Part shown: piece by piece, positions 7,108-17,130 of the stretch
Numbering within the stretch: position 1 is the stretch's first letter
Layout: every line of letters begins with the position of its first letter
From: Burkholderiales bacterium
GTDB taxonomy: Bacteria > Pseudomonadota > Gammaproteobacteria > Burkholderiales > SG8-39
Assembly (NCBI GenBank): GCA_035637655.1
Contig: DASPWT010000222.1
Coordinates: forward strand, 352 to 64,351
DNA: 64,000 bases
Direction: 5' to 3'
Notes under the pieces: generated by a model
Told to the model about the DNA's origin: nothing
Database searches by the model: none
Seen by the model: only the letters and a program-made list of their open reading frames with translations
Translations under genes and position numbers: made by a program

Positions 7108-7755
7108 ATGGAAACACAAGCAGTACGTCAGACCCATCCTCTCCTCATCGTCGCCGCGATCGCGATCACGCTGTTCAGCCTCGTTGGAATCGGAGCCGTT
7201 CTCGGCTGGATCCCGACCTCGGTCGGGAACCCGGGCGCCGCAAGCACGCCCCTTGCCCAGGCGCCCGAGCAGCCCGCAGCGCAGCCCGAAGAGGCAAAGC
7301 CCGCCGAGCCCAAGCCGGCGGCCAAGCCAAAGCCGAGACCGGTCGTGAGATCGGAGCCGCCACACGTGGCCGCCCGCGCGGCCGTTCCGCCTCCTCCCCC
7401 TGTCGTCGTCGCCGCGATCTGCCGCGAGTGCGCCGTGGTCGAGGAAGTGCGCGAGGTTGAGAAAGCCGGCACCGGGTCGGGCGCCGGAGCGGTCGGAGGC
7501 GCGGTAGTGGGCGGAGTGCTCGGTCACCAGATGGGCGGCGGCCGAGGCAAGGACATCGCAACCGTCCTTGGCGCGCTCGGCGGCGGCCTTGCCGGAAACC
7601 AGATCGAGAAGAACGCGAAAAAGACCGTGGAATACCAGATCATCATCCGCTACGAGGACGGCACCAAGGGCCTGTTCACCCAGGCCACGCCGCCGAGCTG
7701 GCGTCCCGGCGACAAGGTGAAGATCATCGACGGGGTGATCCAGGCACGCGGCTAA
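7108..7755 (+). CDS. Glycine-zipper 2TM (Rick_17kDa/SlyB-like) membrane protein with a proline-rich linker
   Basis: N-terminal TM helix, a P/A/E/K-rich spacer, CRECAVV, then 'GAVGGAVVGGVLGHQMGGGRGKDIATVLGALGGGLAGNQIE'. Confidence 0.7.
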   Translation: METQAVRQTHPLLIVAAIAITLFSLVGIGAVLGWIPTSVGNPGAASTPLAQAPEQPAAQPEEAKPAEPKPAAKPKPRPVVRSEPPHVAARAAVPPPPPVVVAAICRECAVVEEVREVEKAGTGSGAGAVGGAVVGGVLGHQMGGGRGKDIATVLGALGGGLAGNQIEKNAKKTVEYQIIIRYEDGTKGLFTQATPPSWRPGDKVKIIDGVIQARG

Positions 7756-7772
7756 CGAAGTCACAGCGAGAA

Positions 7773-7797
7773 CGCGGGCGAATGCCCGCGTTTTTTT
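7773..7797 (+). terminator. Rho-independent terminator
   Basis: Stem cgcgggc, loop gaat, stem gcccgcg, followed by TTTTTTT, 18 nt after the stop of the preceding gene. Confidence 0.75.
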
Positions 7798-7842
7798 GAG
7801 GGAGCGTTTCGCAAAAGGCGGGCCGCGGAATAAAATCGCGGC

Positions 7843-8703
7843 ATGACCGGACTCGCCATCGCCCTGGTGCTGGGCGCCGCGCTCGTCCACGCGAGCTGGA
7901 ACTATCTACTCAAGAAAAGCGGCGGCGGGATCGGCTTCGTCTGGGCGTTCGCCGCGCTGTCCTCGCTGCTCTACGCGCCGCTCGCCGTCGGCGCGGTCAT
8001 CGTGCAGCATTTCGAGTTCACGATCGAGGCGCTCGCCTTTCTTTTCGCGAGCGCGGTGCTCCACACGGCCTACTACCTGCTGCTCGACCGAGGCTACCGG
8101 CACGGCGATCTCTCGGTCGTCTATCCGCTCGCGCGAGCGACGGGCCCTTTCCTCACGGTTCTGGTCGCGATCGCCATGCTCGGCGAGCGGCCCGGCATCG
8201 TCGCCCTGTGCGGTGCGGCGCTCGTGGTCGGGGGAGCTTTCTTCCTCGCGGGGAACCCTGCCAGGCTGCGCGAGGCGGGCGCCTCGCGCGGAATCGCGTT
8301 CGCGCTGCTCACCGGCTGCATGATCGCGTCGTATACAGTCGTCGACAAACAGGCGGTGAGCGCCGTGCTGATCCCGCCCATCCTGCAGGACTGGGGCGCC
8401 AACCTCGGCCGGGTGATCGTGATGGCTCCGCTCGCCCTCAGGCGCCGCGAAGAGGTGAAGGCCGCCTGGACCCGGCAGAGGAAGGCCGTGATCCTGGTTG
8501 CCCTGCTCTGCCCGCTTTCCTATATCCTCGTGCTGACCGCCATGGTCTTCACGCCGGTCAGCTATGTCGCGCCGGCGCGCGAGATCAGTATCCTGTTTGC
8601 CGCGCTGATGGGGGCCCACTGGCTCCAGGAAGGCGACGTGCCGCGCCGCGTTGCCGCCGCCGCTGCGATGGCGTTGGGTGTTGTCGCACTCGCTATAGGC
8701 TAG
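7843..8703 (+). CDS. DMT superfamily (EamA-like) transporter
   Basis: 286-aa polytopic hydrophobic protein with two EamA-like halves. The N-terminus is 'ALVLGAALVHASWNYLLKK'. Confidence 0.75.
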   Translation: MTGLAIALVLGAALVHASWNYLLKKSGGGIGFVWAFAALSSLLYAPLAVGAVIVQHFEFTIEALAFLFASAVLHTAYYLLLDRGYRHGDLSVVYPLARATGPFLTVLVAIAMLGERPGIVALCGAALVVGGAFFLAGNPARLREAGASRGIAFALLTGCMIASYTVVDKQAVSAVLIPPILQDWGANLGRVIVMAPLALRRREEVKAAWTRQRKAVILVALLCPLSYILVLTAMVFTPVSYVAPAREISILFAALMGAHWLQEGDVPRRVAAAAAMALGVVALAIG

Positions 8704-8717
8704 TGTAAGCTCGCGCC

Positions 8718-9323
8718 ATGGAAGTCTCCTTCGCTTCCGCCGTCGTGATCCTGCTGCTCGTGACCGATCCGATCGGCAACATCCCCTTGTTCGTCTCTCT
8801 GCTGCGACACGTCGATCCGGAACGCCGCGTCCGGGTGATCGTGCGCGAGTGCGCGATCGCGCTTGCCGTGCTGCTGATATGCGTGCCTTTCGGCAGCTCC
8901 CTCCTCGAGCTCTTCGGATTGTCGGAGCGCTCGCTCAACCTCGCCGGCGGCGTCATCCTGTTCCTGATCGCGCTGCGCATGATCTTTCACGGCCCCGAGG
9001 GCATTTTCGGAGAAACGGCTTCGGGTGAGCCGTTCGTCGTGCCGCTTGCGATTCCCTCCATAGCCGGGCCCGCGGCAATCGCCACCGTGGTGCTGCTCGT
9101 GTCGCGCGAGCCGCAGCGCCTGCCGGAATGGCTTCTCGCAGTGACCGTGGCCGTAGCGGCGTGTTTGGTGGCTCTGGTATTCGCCGAGCGCATCAGCAGG
9201 TGGGTGGGCGAAGGGGTGCTCGCGGCCTTCGAGCGGCTGATGGGACTGCTGTTGACGGCGATCGCGGTGGAGATGTTATTGCGCGGGATCGAGGGGTTCG
9301 TTCGTCACCTGCAATCCGGCTAG
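8718..9323 (+). CDS. MarC family (UPF0056) membrane protein
   Basis: 'LLLVTDPIGNIPLFVSLL' is the N-terminal signature. The protein is a 201-aa multi-TM protein. Confidence 0.8.
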   Translation: MEVSFASAVVILLLVTDPIGNIPLFVSLLRHVDPERRVRVIVRECAIALAVLLICVPFGSSLLELFGLSERSLNLAGGVILFLIALRMIFHGPEGIFGETASGEPFVVPLAIPSIAGPAAIATVVLLVSREPQRLPEWLLAVTVAVAACLVALVFAERISRWVGEGVLAAFERLMGLLLTAIAVEMLLRGIEGFVRHLQSG

Positions 9324-9337
9324 GGCCGGGCCTCGAC

Positions 9338-10228
9338 TCAAGCAGGAATCGCGTCGCGTATCGCAGGAAGCATGCGCGCGACCGCTTCGCGGCCTTCGGC
9401 GATCGCGATCGCCGCGCGGTGATAGTCGAGCGAGCCCAGGTGCGCGAGCCGCGGCGTGAGCAGCACGTCGGGCGGCTCGCCGGCGAGACGGCTGCGCGCG
9501 ATCCGGACCTGCATCACGTCGATCGAACCCATCAGCGCTTCCAGCATCGAGGGCGGGTCGCCGGTTTCGCCTTCGGCCGGGGCACCGTCGCGGCGCGGAA
9601 ACAGCTTGCCGAGGAGCCGGTGCCGCCCCGTCTGCGTGTTCGAATCCTCGCGCTTCCTGCGGGCGTGGCGCCCGACGATGTCGGAGCCGACGTCCACCGC
9701 GATGACGATGTCCGCGCCCATCGCGCGGGCGAGCGACACGGGCACCGGATTCACCACCCCGCCATCGATCAGGTATCGGCCCTCGCGCAGCACGGCACGG
9801 AACAGTCCCGGCACAGCGATCGAAGCACGGACCGCATCCGACACCCTCCCCTCGCGCAGCCAGATCTCCTGTCCGGAGTGGAGATCGGTCGCCACCGCGG
9901 CAAACGGGATGGCGAGCTCGGAAAATTCGCTCTCGACGAGCTCCTGGCGAAAGAAGTCGGTGACGCGCTCCCCCTTGATGAGGCCGCCGCGCAAGCGGAT
10001 GTCGATCATCCGCAGCATGCTCCTCCAGTCGAAGGCAAGCGCCCAGGCCTCCAGTTGGTCGAGACGGCTGGCCGCGAATGCCGCGCCGACCAGCGCGCCG
10101 ACCGAGCACCCGGCGATCAGATCCGGCTTGACGCCCTCGCTCTGAAGCGCACGCAGCACGCCGATGTGCGCCCAGCCGCGCGCGGAGCCTGCGCCGAGCG
10201 CGAATCCGATTTTGGGCCGGCGCGCCAT
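9338..10228 (-). CDS. Patatin-like phospholipase (RssA-like)
   Basis: 'GFALGAGSARGWAHIGVLRAL' (G-x-G-x-x-G), 'GCSVGA' (G-x-S-x-G) and 'LIDGGVVNPVP' (the Asp of the catalytic dyad). Confidence 0.85.
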   Translation of the reverse strand: MARRPKIGFALGAGSARGWAHIGVLRALQSEGVKPDLIAGCSVGALVGAAFAASRLDQLEAWALAFDWRSMLRMIDIRLRGGLIKGERVTDFFRQELVESEFSELAIPFAAVATDLHSGQEIWLREGRVSDAVRASIAVPGLFRAVLREGRYLIDGGVVNPVPVSLARAMGADIVIAVDVGSDIVGRHARRKREDSNTQTGRHRLLGKLFPRRDGAPAEGETGDPPSMLEALMGSIDVMQVRIARSRLAGEPPDVLLTPRLAHLGSLDYHRAAIAIAEGREAVARMLPAIRDAIPA

Positions 10229-10253
10229 GGCTTTACTGATGGAACATACGGCA

Positions 10254-11438
10254 TCACATCCGCTCGAAAATCGCCGCGATCCCCTGCCCGCCGCCGATGC
10301 ACATCGTGACCAGCGCGTAGCGCTTGCCCGTGCGGTGCAGTTCGTAAATCGCCTTCACGGTGAGGATGCACCCGGTTGCGCCGATGGGGTGGCCCAGCGC
10401 GACGGCCCCGCCGTTGGGATTGACCTTCGCCGGATCGAGCCCGAGATCGCGCGTCACCGCCATCGCCTGGACCGCGAAGGCCTCGTTCGACTCGATCACG
10501 TCCATGTCGGCGGGCTTGAGCCCGGACTTTTCGAACACGCGCTTCACCGCTGGGATCGGTCCGAGGCCCATCAGCTGCGGATCGACGCCGGCGTGCGCGT
10601 AGGCGACCAGACGCGCAAGCGGCTTGGCGCCCTGCTTCTGCGCCGCAGATTTCTCCATCAGCACCACCGCGGCGGCGGCGTCGTTGATGCCCGAGGCATT
10701 GCCCGCGGTAACGGTGCCGTCCTTCTTGAACACCGTCTTCAGCTTCTGCAGGTCCTCGATCTTCAGGTCCTTGCGCACATGCTCGTCGGTGTCGAACTGA
10801 GCGGGTCCTTTCTTCGATTTCACTTCCACCGGCACGATCTGGCTCTTGAAGAAGCCGGTCTCGATCGCTTTCGCCGCGCGCTTGTGGCTCTCGAGCGAGA
10901 ACGCATCCTGTTCGTCACGAGTCACGCCGTATTTCGCCGCGATATTTTCCGCCGTCACGCCCATGTGGCCGTTGCCGAACGGATCGTGCAGCGCCCCGGT
11001 CATGGCATCGATGAGTTGCGCGTCGCCCATGCGCTGGCCCCAGCGCGCGGCGGGTATGAAGTAGGCGGCACGGCTCATGCTCTCGCCGCCCGCGCCGATC
11101 GCGACGTCGGTGTCGCCGAGCAGGATATGCTGCGACGCCGAGACGATCGCCTGCAGCCCGCTGCCGCACAGGCGATTGACCGTCAGGCAGGGCGTGCCGG
11201 CCGGCAGCCCTCCCTCGATCGCTGCGACGCGCGAGATGTACATGTCGCGCGCCTCGCCGTGGATCACGCTGCCGAGTACGACGTGACCGACCGTCGCCGG
11301 GTCGATCCTCGCCCGCGCGACCGCTTCCTTGATCGCAATCGCGCCGAGCTTCGTCGGCGGAATGTCCTTGAGCGAGCCGCCGTAGTCGCCGATCGCGGTG
11401 CGAACGCCGCTCGTCACGACCACTTCACGTTGTGCCAT
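10254..11438 (-). CDS. Acetyl-CoA C-acyltransferase / beta-ketothiolase
   Basis: 'NRLCGSGLQAI' (active-site Cys), 'GHPIGATGCIL' and 'CIGGGQGIAAIFERM'. Confidence 0.9.
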   Translation of the reverse strand: MAQREVVVTSGVRTAIGDYGGSLKDIPPTKLGAIAIKEAVARARIDPATVGHVVLGSVIHGEARDMYISRVAAIEGGLPAGTPCLTVNRLCGSGLQAIVSASQHILLGDTDVAIGAGGESMSRAAYFIPAARWGQRMGDAQLIDAMTGALHDPFGNGHMGVTAENIAAKYGVTRDEQDAFSLESHKRAAKAIETGFFKSQIVPVEVKSKKGPAQFDTDEHVRKDLKIEDLQKLKTVFKKDGTVTAGNASGINDAAAAVVLMEKSAAQKQGAKPLARLVAYAHAGVDPQLMGLGPIPAVKRVFEKSGLKPADMDVIESNEAFAVQAMAVTRDLGLDPAKVNPNGGAVALGHPIGATGCILTVKAIYELHRTGKRYALVTMCIGGGQGIAAIFERM

Positions 11439-11480
11439 AAATACCTCCTTGCCAACCGGACCCCGGCCGGCCGTGTTGCA

Positions 11481-12842
11481 TCACGGCCGGCGTTCGCTGG
11501 CGGCAGACGCGCGCAGGCGCATCTGCCGAATTCCCAGCTCACCCCATAGATCGTGGGCGTCGGAGCGCAGCACCTTCACCTGCACCCGAGCGCCCGGCTT
11601 GAGCGTCGAGCCGTCCTCGATGTGCACCACGCCATCGATTTCCGGGGCGTCGGCGGCGGAGCGTCCCACAGCCCGTCCCGCCTTCACTTCATCCACCAAT
11701 ACTTCGAGGGTCTTTCCCAGCTTGCGCTTCAGACGCCGAGCGCTGATTTTCTCCTGCAGCTGCATGAGCCGCTCACGGCGGTTTTCGCGCGCTTCGTTCG
11801 GAAGCGCGCCGGGCAGTTCGTTGGCTTTCGCGCCATGCACCGGCGAATACGCAAAACAGCCGACGCGGTCGAGCTCGGCCTCCTCGAGAAAATCGAGCAG
11901 CTCCCGGAATTCGCCTTCGGTCTCGCCCGGGAACCCGGCGATGAAGGTGCTGCGGATCGTGATGTCCGGGCAGATCCTGCGCCAGGCGCGGATGCGCTCA
12001 AGATTGTCCTCGCCGCTTGCAGGGCGCTTCATGAGTTTCAAGATCCGCCGGCTCGCGTGCTGAAACGGAACGTCGATGTAGGGAAGGACCCTGCCTTCGG
12101 CCATGAGCGGGATCACCTCGTCCACGTGGGGATAGGGATAAACGTAGTGGAGCCGCACCCACACCCCCAATTCTCCGAGAGCCGCCGCCAGATCGCCCAT
12201 GCGCGCCTTGAGGGGTCGCCCGCCCCAGAAACCGGTGCGGTACTTGAGGTCCACACCGTACGCGCTCGTGTCCTGAGAAATCACCAGCAGCTCCTTCACG
12301 CCTGCTTTCACCAGGTTTTCCGCCTCCCGCATCACCTCGCCGATCGGCCGGCTCACCAGATCGCCTCGCAGGGACGGGATGATGCAGAACGTGCAGCGGT
12401 GATTGCAGCCTTCGGAGATCTTCAGGTAGGCGTAGTGCCGCGGAGTGAGCTTGATGCCCTGGGGAGGCACCAGGTCGGTGAAGGGATCATGAGGCCTGGG
12501 CAGATGCTCGTGCACCGCCGCCATCACCTCTTCCAGCGCGTGCGGCCCCGTGACGGCGAGGACTTTCGGATGGGTCTCGCGAACCATGTCGCCCTTTGCA
12601 CCGAGGCAACCCGTGACGATCACCCGGCCGTTCTCGGCGAGCGCCTCACCGATGGCGCCGAGCGACTCCTGTACCGCCGACTCGATGAACCCGCAGGTGT
12701 TGACGACGACGAGATCGGCCCCGTCGTACGAAGGCGAAATCGCGTAGCCCTCCGCGCGCAGCCGCGTGAGGATGCCTTCGGAATCGACCAGAGCTTTGGG
12801 ACAGCCGAGCGAGACGAACCCGACCTTTGGAGAAGATTTCAG
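11481..12842 (-). CDS. rimO: Ribosomal protein S12 methylthiotransferase RimO (start codon uncertain, probably CTG)
   Basis: '[16 protein letters not shown]', radical-SAM '[11 protein letters not shown]' and a TRAM-like C-terminus. There is no ATG/GTG/TTG between the conserved N-terminus and the phaR stop. CTG at 12842-12840 follows GAGGA plus an A-run. Confidence 0.8.
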   Translation of the reverse strand: MKSSPKVGFVSLGCPKALVDSEGILTRLRAEGYAISPSYDGADLVVVNTCGFIESAVQESLGAIGEALAENGRVIVTGCLGAKGDMVRETHPKVLAVTGPHALEEVMAAVHEHLPRPHDPFTDLVPPQGIKLTPRHYAYLKISEGCNHRCTFCIIPSLRGDLVSRPIGEVMREAENLVKAGVKELLVISQDTSAYGVDLKYRTGFWGGRPLKARMGDLAAALGELGVWVRLHYVYPYPHVDEVIPLMAEGRVLPYIDVPFQHASRRILKLMKRPASGEDNLERIRAWRRICPDITIRSTFIAGFPGETEGEFRELLDFLEEAELDRVGCFAYSPVHGAKANELPGALPNEARENRRERLMQLQEKISARRLKRKLGKTLEVLVDEVKAGRAVGRSAADAPEIDGVVHIEDGSTLKPGARVQVKVLRSDAHDLWGELGIRQMRLRASAASERRP

Positions 12843-13456
12843 GTTTTTTTTTCCTCGCCGGGCGCCTTCTTTTCGCTGGGAGGCTGCGCGCTGTTCGGCG
12901 GAGCGCCGAATCCCGGCACTCCCGGGAATCCAGGGAAGGTGAAGCCGGAGAACATGTTGCGCGTCTGGTTCTGGAGCTGTTCCTGCATCTGCAGGAACAC
13001 GTTGCGGCTCTGTTCCATGTACGCCGAGATCAGGCTCTGCATCGCCGGGCCCTGGAAGCTCATGAACTGTTTCCATTGGTCCTCGTTCGATTTGGTGGGT
13101 TCCCCGTAGAGCTTTTGCGACTGCTCCTGCATGCTCTTTTGGATTTCCCCGAACAGCTGCATGTTGCGCTCGAGATAGGCGCCGAGCATCCCCTGCATCG
13201 CGTTGCCGTAGGAGCGGATGAACTGCGTGAGAATGTCCGAGGAGAACATCGGCGCGCCGGCGGTTTCTTCTTCCAGAATGATCTGCAGCAGGATCGAACG
13301 CGTCAGGTCTTCCTTGGTCTTGTCGTCCACCACCTGGAATTCCTCGCCCTGCACGACGAGCTTCTTTACATCGGCGAGCGTGATGTACACGCTCGTCTTG
13401 GTATCGTAGAGCCGGCGATTCGGGTATTTCTTGATCAGTCGGGTGGGTTCGGACAT
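12839..13456 (-). CDS. phaR: Polyhydroxyalkanoate synthesis repressor PhaR
   Basis: '[28 protein letters not shown]' is the PhaR DNA-binding N-terminus. Confidence 0.9.
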   Translation of the reverse strand: MSEPTRLIKKYPNRRLYDTKTSVYITLADVKKLVVQGEEFQVVDDKTKEDLTRSILLQIILEEETAGAPMFSSDILTQFIRSYGNAMQGMLGAYLERNMQLFGEIQKSMQEQSQKLYGEPTKSNEDQWKQFMSFQGPAMQSLISAYMEQSRNVFLQMQEQLQNQTRNMFSGFTFPGFPGVPGFGAPPNSAQPPSEKKAPGEEKKT

Positions 13457-13545
13457 GGGGACCCTTGCCTCATCGTGTCGTGCTGCGGTGCCACATGATA
13501 CTGGACTTTCCCGCTCGGTTCCATCCAGTCGGCCCTCCAGCCCGC

Positions 13546-14289
13546 TTACGCCATGTGCTGCCCGCCGTTGATGGCAATGTTGGCGCCGTTGACGAACGCG
13601 GCCTCCTCCGAGCAGAGGTAAATGATCAGCCCGGCGATCTCTTCGGGCTTGCCGAGCCGTCCGATGGGAATCTGCGGAAGGATTTTCGAGTCGAGAATCT
13701 CCTTCGGAATCGCCGTCACCATCCTGGTCCCGATGTAGCCTGGCGAGATGGTATTGACGGTCACGCCCTTCTTCGCCACTTCCAGAGCGAGGGACTTGGT
13801 GAAGCCGTGCATGCCGGCCTTCGCCGCAGCGTAGTTGGTCTGGCCGAACGCGCCCTTCGAGCCATTCACCGAGGACACGTTGATGACGCGGCCCCAGGTG
13901 CGGTCCAGCATTCCGTCGCAGACCTGCTTGGTCATGTTGAAGACGGAATCGAGGTTGGTGTGCAGGACTGCGTCCCAGTCGTCCTTGGTCATCTTCCTGA
14001 AGGTCATGTCACGCGTAATTCCGGCGTTGTTGACGAGGATGTCTACCGGGCCGAAGTCCTTGGTCACGCTCTCGACGCACGCCTTACACGACTCGAAGTC
14101 GGCGACGTTGCAGGCATAAGCGCGGAATTCGTAACCGCGCGACTTCATCTCAGCGGTCCACTGGTTGACCGTCTTGTTCGAGGGCGAATAGGTCACGGCT
14201 ACGCGGTATCCCGCATCCGCCATTTTCGTGCTGATCGTCTCCCCCAGCCCGCCCATGCCTCCCGTGATCAGCGCCAGCCGCGTTGCCAT
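13546..14289 (-). CDS. phaB: Acetoacetyl-CoA reductase (SDR)
   Basis: 'ALITGGMGGLGETI', 'NNAGITRD', 'YAAAKAGMHGFTKSLALE'. Confidence 0.9.
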   Translation of the reverse strand: MATRLALITGGMGGLGETISTKMADAGYRVAVTYSPSNKTVNQWTAEMKSRGYEFRAYACNVADFESCKACVESVTKDFGPVDILVNNAGITRDMTFRKMTKDDWDAVLHTNLDSVFNMTKQVCDGMLDRTWGRVINVSSVNGSKGAFGQTNYAAAKAGMHGFTKSLALEVAKKGVTVNTISPGYIGTRMVTAIPKEILDSKILPQIPIGRLGKPEEIAGLIIYLCSEEAAFVNGANIAINGGQHMA

Positions 14290-14362
14290 GACTCCTCCTT
14301 GCGTCCTCGATTCGGTGCCGTCCCGATTATGCTTCGGGATTATTGCACCGTTCGGATCGGAG

Positions 14363-15178
14363 TCAAACCATGTGTAGCCCGCCGTTGATCGAGATGTTCG
14401 CGCCGGTGATGTACCCCGCTTCCTCGGAGGCGAGATACCAGACGAGGCCTGCGACCTCCTCGGGCTGAGCGAGGCGGCCCATCGGGATCTGTTCGACGAT
14501 CGAGTTCAGGATTTCCGGCTTCATCGCCCTGACCATGTCCGTCTGGACGTAGCCCGGCGAGATGGTATTGACGGTTACACCTTTTTTCACGACCTCTTGC
14601 GCCAATGCCTTGGAGAATCCGTGCATTCCCGCCTTCGCTGCCGAATAGTTGGTCTGGCCGAACTGGCCCTTGAGCGCATTCACCGAAGAGATGTTGACGA
14701 TGCGACCCCAGCCACGGTCCATCATGCCCTCGATCACCTGACGCGTGACGTTGAAGACGCTGTTGAGATTGGTATTGATCACCGCGTACCAGTCGGCGGG
14801 CGACATGCGTTTGAAAACGCCGTCGCGCGTGATGCCGGCATTGTTGACGAGAATGTCCACCGGGCCGATCACCGAGCCGATCTGATAGAACATGTCGGCG
14901 CAGGAGTCGTAGTCGTCGACGTCGCCCTCGGCGGCGTGGACTTGGAGGCCTTCGCCGTGCATCCTCGCGATCCAGTCATCCTTCTTTTCGTAGCCGGGCA
15001 GGCAGCCCGCAACAACCTTCACGCCGTTCCGCGCCAGGCGCCGGCACACTGCCGTGCCGATTCCGCCCATACCACCGCTCACGAACGCAATGCGCTGTTT
15101 GAGGGGGCTCGCAACTTCCTGCACCGGCTGCGTGCCTGAGCTCGTGCCTGCGCGTCTTAGCGCTGCCGCGGTGGTCAT
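14363..15178 (-). CDS. Second acetoacetyl-CoA reductase paralogue with a ~28-aa N-terminal extension
   Basis: 'AFVSGGMGGIGTAV', 'NNAGITRD', 'YSAAKAGMHGFSKALAQE'. The ATG at 15178 follows GGGAGAG. The longer track ORF would run into phaC. Confidence 0.8.
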   Translation of the reverse strand: MTTAAALRRAGTSSGTQPVQEVASPLKQRIAFVSGGMGGIGTAVCRRLARNGVKVVAGCLPGYEKKDDWIARMHGEGLQVHAAEGDVDDYDSCADMFYQIGSVIGPVDILVNNAGITRDGVFKRMSPADWYAVINTNLNSVFNVTRQVIEGMMDRGWGRIVNISSVNALKGQFGQTNYSAAKAGMHGFSKALAQEVVKKGVTVNTISPGYVQTDMVRAMKPEILNSIVEQIPMGRLAQPEEVAGLVWYLASEEAGYITGANISINGGLHMV

Positions 15179-15216
15179 GGTTCGATCTCTCCCTGAAAAA
15201 TCTTGCTCTGCGGCGC

Positions 15217-16998
15217 TCATACGATGCGGTGCTTGACATAGCGCCCTGGCGCCGGCTCTAGGGGTTTGAATTTCGTATTGCCCAGCCGCGTGCTTGCCTT
15301 GACGCGCCCACCGCCGAAACCCTCGAGCCAGGCACCCCAGTCGGGCCACCAGCTTCCGGGTTTTTCCGTTGCTTCGGCGAGCCACGCGTCCGCGTCCTCG
15401 GGGAGCTTCCCGTTGGACCAGTGGCTCCGCTTGTTTTTGGACGGCGGGTTGACGATCCCCGCGATGTGGCCGCTCGCACCGAGCACGAAGCGCATGTCGC
15501 CCCCAAGCAACCGGGTAGTGCGGTAGGCCGTGCGCCAAGGCACGATGTGGTCCTCGCGCGTGGCGAGGACATAGGTCGGAACCGTGATCTTCCCGAGACC
15601 GACCGGCACTCCCAGAACTACCGTCTTTCCTGGCTCGCGCAAGCGGTTCTCGAGATAGGCGTTGCGTACGTACCAGCAGTACATCGGCCCGGGCAGGTTG
15701 GTTGAATCTGCGTTCCAGTAGAGCAGGTCGAAGGCCTCGAGCGATTTACCCTTCAGATAGTTATTGACCACGTACGACCAAACGAGGTCGTTCGCGCGAA
15801 GTGCCGAGAACACGAGCGCGAGATCGCGGCCGGGCATGATGCCGCCCTTGCCGATCGCCGCCTCGCGCAGCGCCACGCTCGCCTCGTCGATGAAAAGCCC
15901 GATGTCGCCCGTATCGGCGAAATCGAGCATCGAGGCGAGGAAAGTCACGCTCTCCACGCGCTTCGCCGCCTTCTGGCCCATCACGGCGAGCGCCGCGCCG
16001 AGCATGGTGCCGCCGACGCAGAAGCCGAGCGCGTTGACCTTTTCGGCGGCGCAGATCGCGCGCGCCACTTCGAGCGCTTTGAGCACGCCTTTTTCGATGT
16101 AGTCGTCCCAGGTGAGATGGCCGAGCTCCTCGGTGATGTTGCGCCAGGACACCATGAACACGGGATGGCCCTGCTCCACCGCATAGCGCACCAGGGAATT
16201 TTCCGGCTGAAGATCCAGGATGTAGTACTTGTTGATACAGGGCGGGATCATCACGAGCGGGCGCTTGGATACAGTCGGCGTGACCGGCTTGTACTGGATA
16301 AGCTGGATCAGCTCATTCTCGAAAACCACCGCGCCCTCAGTGACCGCCAGATTCTTGCCGACCTCGAACACGGACTCATCCGTGGTCGAAATGCGCCCCT
16401 TGTGCACGTCCTCGATGAGCTGGCGAATTCCCTGGGTAAGGCTCTCGCCCTTGGTCTCAAGGGCGAGCTTGAGCGCTTCCGGATTGGTCGCGGCGAAATT
16501 CGCCGGGCTCATTGCGTCGGAAAACTGGCGCGCGATGAAGCGCAGTCGCTCCTTGGCGCGCGGTTCCGCTTCGAGCGCTTCGATCCAATCCGAGAGAAAG
16601 CGCGAATTGATGAGGTAGCTCTGGCGCAGATAATCGAACCAGGGGATCCGCTGCCATTCCGCGGACGAAAAGCGCCGGTCGCCACGATCGGGCGGTGCGA
16701 TGGGTGGGGCGTCGCGCCCGGCCTCGCGCGCAAGCGCAGACTGCCACAGCGCAGCGTGCAGCTGGAAGTAGCGCGCTTGAAGGGCCGCGAATTTGGCGGA
16801 GTCAACGCCTACAGACTGCAGCGAGCGGGCAAATTCGGAATCGGGCGGGACACCCAGCGAGCCGAGGAAATTCCGCAGGAGCGCCTGGGCGGCGACTGTG
16901 AATGGCTCCGGAGAGGGGGTGGGGACCGTCACGTAGCTAAAACCCTGAAATATTTGAGAAGGCGACGGGATATTGCGCCGCACAATCGACGAAGTCAA
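15217..16998 (-). CDS. phaC: Class I poly(R)-hydroxyalkanoate synthase
   Basis: 593 aa. 'PLVMIPPCINKYYILDLQPENSLVRY' and the lipase-box-like 'GFCVGGTML'. Confidence 0.9.
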   Translation of the reverse strand: MTSSIVRRNIPSPSQIFQGFSYVTVPTPSPEPFTVAAQALLRNFLGSLGVPPDSEFARSLQSVGVDSAKFAALQARYFQLHAALWQSALAREAGRDAPPIAPPDRGDRRFSSAEWQRIPWFDYLRQSYLINSRFLSDWIEALEAEPRAKERLRFIARQFSDAMSPANFAATNPEALKLALETKGESLTQGIRQLIEDVHKGRISTTDESVFEVGKNLAVTEGAVVFENELIQLIQYKPVTPTVSKRPLVMIPPCINKYYILDLQPENSLVRYAVEQGHPVFMVSWRNITEELGHLTWDDYIEKGVLKALEVARAICAAEKVNALGFCVGGTMLGAALAVMGQKAAKRVESVTFLASMLDFADTGDIGLFIDEASVALREAAIGKGGIMPGRDLALVFSALRANDLVWSYVVNNYLKGKSLEAFDLLYWNADSTNLPGPMYCWYVRNAYLENRLREPGKTVVLGVPVGLGKITVPTYVLATREDHIVPWRTAYRTTRLLGGDMRFVLGASGHIAGIVNPPSKNKRSHWSNGKLPEDADAWLAEATEKPGSWWPDWGAWLEGFGGGRVKASTRLGNTKFKPLEPAPGRYVKHRIV

Positions 16999-17130
16999 GG
17001 CAGGGACTACGCGACACGAAAGATTCTGAGCTAACTGCCTGTCCGGACTTCGAAATCAGCACTCGCGCAGCGGCGAAAGCGTAAAGTGTCAACCAGAATA
17101 AGGGACTTGACCCTACGGGAGAGGGACCAC

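Noticed and set aside
16999-17130. A lux-box-like palindrome (CTG-N10-CAG) in the phaC/luxR divergent intergenic region.
   Set aside because: Only a CTG...CAG pair with incorrect (about 15-nt) spacing is present. There is no convincing 20-bp dyad.
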